40,246 nucleotides of DNA from a virus (Duplodnaviria > Caudoviricetes), in IMG/VR virus record IMGVR_UViG_3300003888_000071, positions 1-40,246 of that record, one strand, 5' to 3'. The notes beneath the pieces were generated by a model that was given only the letters and a program-made list of their open reading frames with translations, was not told the DNA's origin and did no database searches. Below, one piece after another: positions 36,181 to 40,246 of the stretch. Numbering within the stretch: the first letter of the stretch is position 1; every line of letters starts with the position of its first letter. The translations under genes and the position numbers were made by a program.

Positions 36181-36711
36181 ATGCACATCACTATACTACA
36201 TAACCCTATGTCCTTTGCCTCGCGCGATTTTCTGGCCGTCCTCGGCGTCGCTATCCCCGCTGGCGACGACGTGACCGTGACCATCGGCAGCGACACTGTG
36301 CGGATCGTCTCCGATCACGCCGCCGCCGTGGCGTTCTGTCCGGCATTCCCGGGCTACCCGGTGGCCTTGACCGACGAGGGCGAAGCCCGGCGCATGCTGG
36401 CCTTCCCGGCGACCTGGGAGGCGGTGACGACCTGGGCAGCCAATCCCCCGACCGTCGCACCGACCAGTCTTCCCCGTTTCACCCCGGCCGAGTTCATGCG
36501 GTTGCTGACCCAAGACGAGCTGGACGCGGTGCTCTTGGCCGAAGGGACGGACATCGACGTGCGCCGCATGTGGGCCTTTATCCGGGCCGTCGGCTACGTG
36601 GATATGGCCGATCCGCTGACGCAGCAATCCCTGCACATGCTCCGGGCCAAGGGCTTCATCGCCGCCGACGAGCGGTTGCAGCAAATCGAGGACGGGGTCT
36701 TTCAGGTATGA
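36181..36711 (+). CDS. Hypothetical phage tail-module protein
   Basis: ATG right after upstream stop; C-terminal 'EFMRLLTQDE...VDMADPLT...L'. Confidence 0.6.
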   Translation: MHITILHNPMSFASRDFLAVLGVAIPAGDDVTVTIGSDTVRIVSDHAAAVAFCPAFPGYPVALTDEGEARRMLAFPATWEAVTTWAANPPTVAPTSLPRFTPAEFMRLLTQDELDAVLLAEGTDIDVRRMWAFIRAVGYVDMADPLTQQSLHMLRAKGFIAADERLQQIEDGVFQV

Positions 36712-36944
36712 GCAAGCTTGGACGCTACTTCTGGAACGTCTTGCTGGGGCTGGATCAATTCCTGTCCGTCCTGACCGGCGGCGACCCGGACGAAACCGTG
36801 TCCAGCCGGGTAGGCAAGGCGGCCGCTGCCGGGAGCCGGATAGGCCGGCTGCTGGAATGCGGCCTGGACGCCGTCTTCGGCGCCGGGCACTGCCGGCGCT
36901 CCGTAGAAGCGGATGAGGGAAGCGAGCGGGTGGCGAAATATTGA
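36708..36944 (+). CDS. Small conserved phage protein
   Basis: 'RYFWNVLLGLDQ....GGDPDETVSSRVGK...HC' pattern common at the end of tail modules; ATGA overlap. Confidence 0.7.
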   Translation: MSKLGRYFWNVLLGLDQFLSVLTGGDPDETVSSRVGKAAAAGSRIGRLLECGLDAVFGAGHCRRSVEADEGSERVAKY

Positions 36945-37076
36945 AACGGAGCGGCAGGGCGGCGGACACCGCCCCACCAACGGGTTGCGTGAACAACCCG
37001 CCACGGCCGAAGCCGCGCTCCAGCCCGCGCGGGCGTTAGAGGGCTAACGCTTCCGGCCTAACCTGTAAAGGCAAGC

Positions 37077-37268
37077 ATGGAGATACGTTGCGGACAATGC
37101 GGACGTTTATTGGCCAAGGGCGCCGGGAACATCGAAATCAAATGTCCCCGCTGCCGCACCATCAACCACGTGAGGGCCGCGAGCCCCATCACAGAAGGCC
37201 ATGGAGCCTCCCCCAGGGAGCTCCTCCATGGCCAGACCGTATCATCCGCCAAAACCGAGTCCTTATGA
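37077..37268 (+). CDS. com: Com-family zinc-finger translational regulator
   Basis: 'EIRCGQCGRLLA....IEIKCPRCRTIN'; overlaps mom. Confidence 0.92.
   Translation: MEIRCGQCGRLLAKGAGNIEIKCPRCRTINHVRAASPITEGHGASPRELLHGQTVSSAKTESL
37197..37233 (+). promoter_or_regulatory. Hairpin sequestering the mom RBS and start codon
   Basis: GGCCATGGAG (37197-37206) / CTCCATGGCC (37224-37233), with inner CTCCC/GGGAG. Confidence 0.7.
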
Positions 37269-37950
37269 GCCGCCCGCCAGCGAGCAGCCGGGCTACCTGA
37301 TAGGCGAAACCGGCGTTCAGGGTTTTGGCAAGCACGACCTCTACCTGGCCGCCATCCCGGCGGCCAGGGCGCGGGAAACAATTGTGACCAGGCATTATTC
37401 CAAGCGGGTGGTCAACAACAGCTACGTGCACCTGGGCGTCTACCACCAGGGTCAATTCCGGGGCGTGCTCCAGTTCGGGTACGCCTTAAACCCGCACTTG
37501 GCGGGCAAGGTGGTGGAGGGGACCAAGGTGGGTGAATATCTAGAACTCAACCGCATGTGGCTGGACGACGTTTGCCCGCGCAACACGGAAAGCCAGGCAA
37601 TAAGCTATGCGGTGAAATACATCCGCCGCGCCTGCCCGACCGTGGCCTGGGTCCAAAGCTTTGCCGACGAACGCTGCGGCGGGCTGGGGGTGGTCTACCA
37701 AGCGAGCAACTTTCAGTTCTGCGGCAGCCACCTGACCACCTTCTGGCGCCTGGACGACAACTGGTATCACGTCCTGATGCTGACAGCGCATCGCAACCAA
37801 GGCGGCCGCGCCCAGTTCCTGCGGGAGAACCTTCACCGGGCCACCCGGCACCAGTTCCGGCAGTTCCGCTACGTGCTGTTCTTAAAGCAGCCCTGGCGCA
37901 AACGCCTACGCCTGCCGATCCAGCCGTACCCCAAACGCGAGGCAGCGTGA
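37228..37950 (+). CDS. mom: Mom-family adenine-modification protein
   Basis: 'HYSKRVVNNSYVHLGV', 'GVLQFGYALNP', 'YLELNRMWLDD..PRN.ES.AISY', 'QSFADERCG..GVVYQASNF'. Confidence 0.92.
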   Translation: MARPYHPPKPSPYEPPASEQPGYLIGETGVQGFGKHDLYLAAIPAARARETIVTRHYSKRVVNNSYVHLGVYHQGQFRGVLQFGYALNPHLAGKVVEGTKVGEYLELNRMWLDDVCPRNTESQAISYAVKYIRRACPTVAWVQSFADERCGGLGVVYQASNFQFCGSHLTTFWRLDDNWYHVLMLTAHRNQGGRAQFLRENLHRATRHQFRQFRYVLFLKQPWRKRLRLPIQPYPKREAA

Positions 37951-37953
37951 CCA

Positions 37954-38001
37954 AGTGCCAACGGCGGCGCAAATCAGTGCCAAATCGTTCGCCGCCTTAC
38001 A
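37954..38001 (+). repeat. Prophage right end: repeated transposase-binding sites and terminal CA
   Basis: AGTGCCAA at 37954 and 37976 (22-bp period), CAAATC at 37970 and 37981, ending GCCGCCTTACA. Confidence 0.75.
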
Positions 38002-38094
38002 TTTCCATGGGGAAACCTGGATAACTTTTGGCAGGGATGCTGCTAACTTAGGGCAGGATGCAGTTTGCTCCACCGTTTCCCCTGTGGGCTGGGA

Positions 38095-39141
38095 TCAGCG
38101 GGCCGGCTGGTCCAACCGAGGCAACTTAGCGATAGTTCTACGTTTTTCATCACCGAGCAGATGGTAGTAATTGTTCGCGGTCATCTGGATCGAGGAATGC
38201 CCCATCAGATTGCTCACCGCAGATAAATCCCCTCCTTCCCGCAGGAGAGTTGTCGCGAACAAGTGGCGGATATCATACAGGACCACGGGATAGGTGATCC
38301 CAGCACGCCGGCATGCCGTCCTCATGGACCGGCTAATCTGCTTGACCTGCCGGCCGTTGTACTCGACGACAAAGTCAGACAGGGCGGATTCTTTCACCTC
38401 CTGGAGCCGCGCCAGGAACTCGTCCGAGATGGGAATAATTCTACGGGTTTTGGTCTTGGTAGCATACACGGAAACCGTCTGCTCCTCCCAGTTGATATCA
38501 CCCCACTTCAGGGCCAACAGCTCAGAAGGACCCGTTCGGACACCCAGGTTCCAAGCGACCTCCATCGCCCAGGCCAGATGCGGCACGGCGGCGGCTTTAA
38601 TCTTGTTCAAGTCGGTGACGGTGAGTCTCGTGTCCCGTGGGCGCTCCTTGGGCTTTTTCCAGCGGCGGAGCGGGTTCTTCTCGATCAACTCGTTGTCCAC
38701 GCCGAACTGGAAAACCGTCTTCAGATAAGCCAGATACCTCCCTCTGGTCACGGGTGAACGTTTCGCATAGATTTTTCCAACACGATTAATGACTTCGTCG
38801 AACCGGATCTGTTCAACCGGGCGTTGTGCGAAAGCGGGAATAATGTGCCGTTCGAGGATGACCGCAAGCTCTTTGAGCCGGCGAATGGACTTCCCCTCCG
38901 ATTTCTTGGCGTTGATGTACATCTGGGAGAGTTCATCAAGAAAAATCTTTTTCCCAGGTGCTGGCGTAGACACGTCTAAAGGAACTTCGATTGTCTTGTG
39001 GGCTTTGACCTGCTCATCGAACTTCTCGGCTTCACGTTTTGCAGCGCGCCCTTTGCCAAAAGTCTTGGTATGCTGGCGGCCATTTTCGTCCCGGTACGCC
39101 ACGTAGTAGGTACCGTTGTTGTTTCGCTTGTGGACAGACAT
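38095..39141 (-). CDS. Tyrosine integrase with N-terminal arm-binding-like region
   Basis: Catalytic R 'GVRTGPSELL', K 'TKTK', 'YDIRH', 'MGHSS', 'NYY'. Confidence 0.9.
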   Translation of the reverse strand: MSVHKRNNNGTYYVAYRDENGRQHTKTFGKGRAAKREAEKFDEQVKAHKTIEVPLDVSTPAPGKKIFLDELSQMYINAKKSEGKSIRRLKELAVILERHIIPAFAQRPVEQIRFDEVINRVGKIYAKRSPVTRGRYLAYLKTVFQFGVDNELIEKNPLRRWKKPKERPRDTRLTVTDLNKIKAAAVPHLAWAMEVAWNLGVRTGPSELLALKWGDINWEEQTVSVYATKTKTRRIIPISDEFLARLQEVKESALSDFVVEYNGRQVKQISRSMRTACRRAGITYPVVLYDIRHLFATTLLREGGDLSAVSNLMGHSSIQMTANNYYHLLGDEKRRTIAKLPRLDQPAR

Positions 39142-39145
39142 TTTT

Positions 39146-39367
39146 CTATACCTCCAACTTCAAAGGTGTTCGTGTTTCAGCAGACGCCCCGTCTAAGAAG
39201 GTGCTTGGAGCCTGCATAAAAGCATCTAGGTCGGCGACGCAGAATCTGTTTTGATGAGGACCATACTTCGGGATGCAAAAATCCCTAGAGAGCGTTCGAA
39301 AACGCCGGGCGCTGTACCCGCAGTACTCGGCAGCTTTCGCTGGCGTTAAGAATGGTCCGACCGACAT
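39146..39367 (-). CDS. Excisionase-like HTH protein
   Basis: 'FLTPAKAAEYCGYS.RRFR...RFCVADLDAFM'; directly upstream of the integrase. Confidence 0.7.
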   Translation of the reverse strand: MSVGPFLTPAKAAEYCGYSARRFRTLSRDFCIPKYGPHQNRFCVADLDAFMQAPSTFLDGASAETRTPLKLEV

Positions 39368-39688
39368 GGGCCGATTATTACACGATATTTTGCCCCAGTG
39401 CATTCCAGGCTATCCGATATTGCAGGGAAGTTGGCGTTTTCAATTGCTTCGGTTTCACTGCAACACTTTGTGGGACTTCCTCCTGCTAGGCTTGATCATT
39501 TGATTGCCCATAATTATTGCGCATAAAAAAATATTTTTCGTGCTATTTCCACTTTTTATCGTAATATTTAGGCATGTTACTGCTGATAGACACCCCTATG
39601 CTTCGTCTCTCCTAAAAAACATTGGGTCGCCCTGGCTAGGGTTGCCGCCGCAGCGACCCAATGCTGTAACCAACTGTTATTATGCTTT

Positions 39689-40246
39689 TTACAAGGAATT
39701 CATGAGAACCTCTTCGACCTCCTCGTCTTGGACGCCCATGTAGCGGCGCGTTACTGAAGGGCTGGAGTGGTTAAGGCGCTTGGCCAAGACCTCCCAGGAC
39801 ACGCCGAATTCACGACGCTGATGGTAGGTCCAGGTCTTGCGCAGAGAATGACAGCCGTAGTTCCCTTTGAGGTTGATGGCGGCGGCCCAGGCCTTCACCT
39901 TCTTGGTGACGGACAGAGTTGTCAGGGGCGAGTTCGCCGTCTTGCGGCTTTTGAACAGGTAGTGCCTGTCCTCGGGCTGGGCGATGGCGAGATATTCCTC
40001 CAGGGCCGCCAGAATCTCCTTGTTGGCGATGAGCACGTTGGGCTTGCCGGTTTTCTTCTCCTGGATGGAGATGCGGTCACCGAGCTTCAAGCCGCGCACG
40101 GCGGCGACTCGGAGAGCCAGCAAGTCCTGGACACGCAATCCTGCGTTGACGCCCATGACAAAGAGCAGCTTGTCCCGTGGGCTGTCGACCAAAAGTCTCT
40201 TGATGCTGCGCACATGGCGCAAGTCGGTAATGGGCTGTACCTTCAT
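39689..40246 (-). CDS. Small tyrosine recombinase (mostly catalytic domain)
   Basis: 'GLRVQDLLAL', 'EKKTGK', 'HSLRKT', 'LNHSS...TRRYMG'; 185 aa; starts at window edge. Confidence 0.88.
   Translation of the reverse strand: MKVQPITDLRHVRSIKRLLVDSPRDKLLFVMGVNAGLRVQDLLALRVAAVRGLKLGDRISIQEKKTGKPNVLIANKEILAALEEYLAIAQPEDRHYLFKSRKTANSPLTTLSVTKKVKAWAAAINLKGNYGCHSLRKTWTYHQRREFGVSWEVLAKRLNHSSPSVTRRYMGVQDEEVEEVLMNSL

Larger units (their letters stand above)
1..38001. mobile_element. Mu-like transposable prophage (left end outside window)
   Basis: DDE transposase plus AAA ATPase, Mu-type gene order through com-mom, terminal repeats ending in TTACA at 38001. Confidence 0.95.

Noticed and set aside
32859-36944. 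Diversity-generating retroelement or invertible tail-fibre switch
   Set aside because: No reverse transcriptase, no serine invertase, and no TR/VR pair or flanking inverted repeats seen
39504-39743. 79-aa plus-strand ORF in the AT-rich gap
   Set aside because: TTG start, no RBS or motif, overlaps the recombinase 3' end; more likely the promoter region of xis-int
38095-40246. Integrases as part of the Mu-like prophage
   Set aside because: They lie outside the terminal CA at 38001, and the phage has its own DDE transposase

Overview
Positions 1 to ~38001 are a nearly complete, apparently intact Mu-like transposable prophage with a contractile tail. Its left end lies just outside the window, and the right end reads ...GCCGCCTTACA at 38001. 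Gene order: cI-type repressor, early regulators, MuA DDE transposase and MuB-like ATPase, GemA and Mor/C, lysis genes (holin, lytic transglycosylase, Rz with embedded Rz1), terminase, portal, MuF and G, protease/scaffold, capsid, tail and baseplate, fibre module, com-mom. Three lower-GC accessory slots each sit directly upstream of a conserved late-promoter motif. They hold an exported hypothetical protein, a three-gene TIR / SLATT(DUF4231)-like / TIR-wHTH candidate anti-phage cassette, and an SGNH hydrolase next to an IS200-like palindromic miniature element. MuF carries a C-terminal BECR-like nuclease domain followed by a structured, possibly pseudoknotted non-coding segment instead of an immunity ORF. 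Beyond the phage end lie the integrase, an xis-like gene and a second tyrosine recombinase of a different integrative element. All family calls come from motif recognition and synteny by eye; no database search was run.
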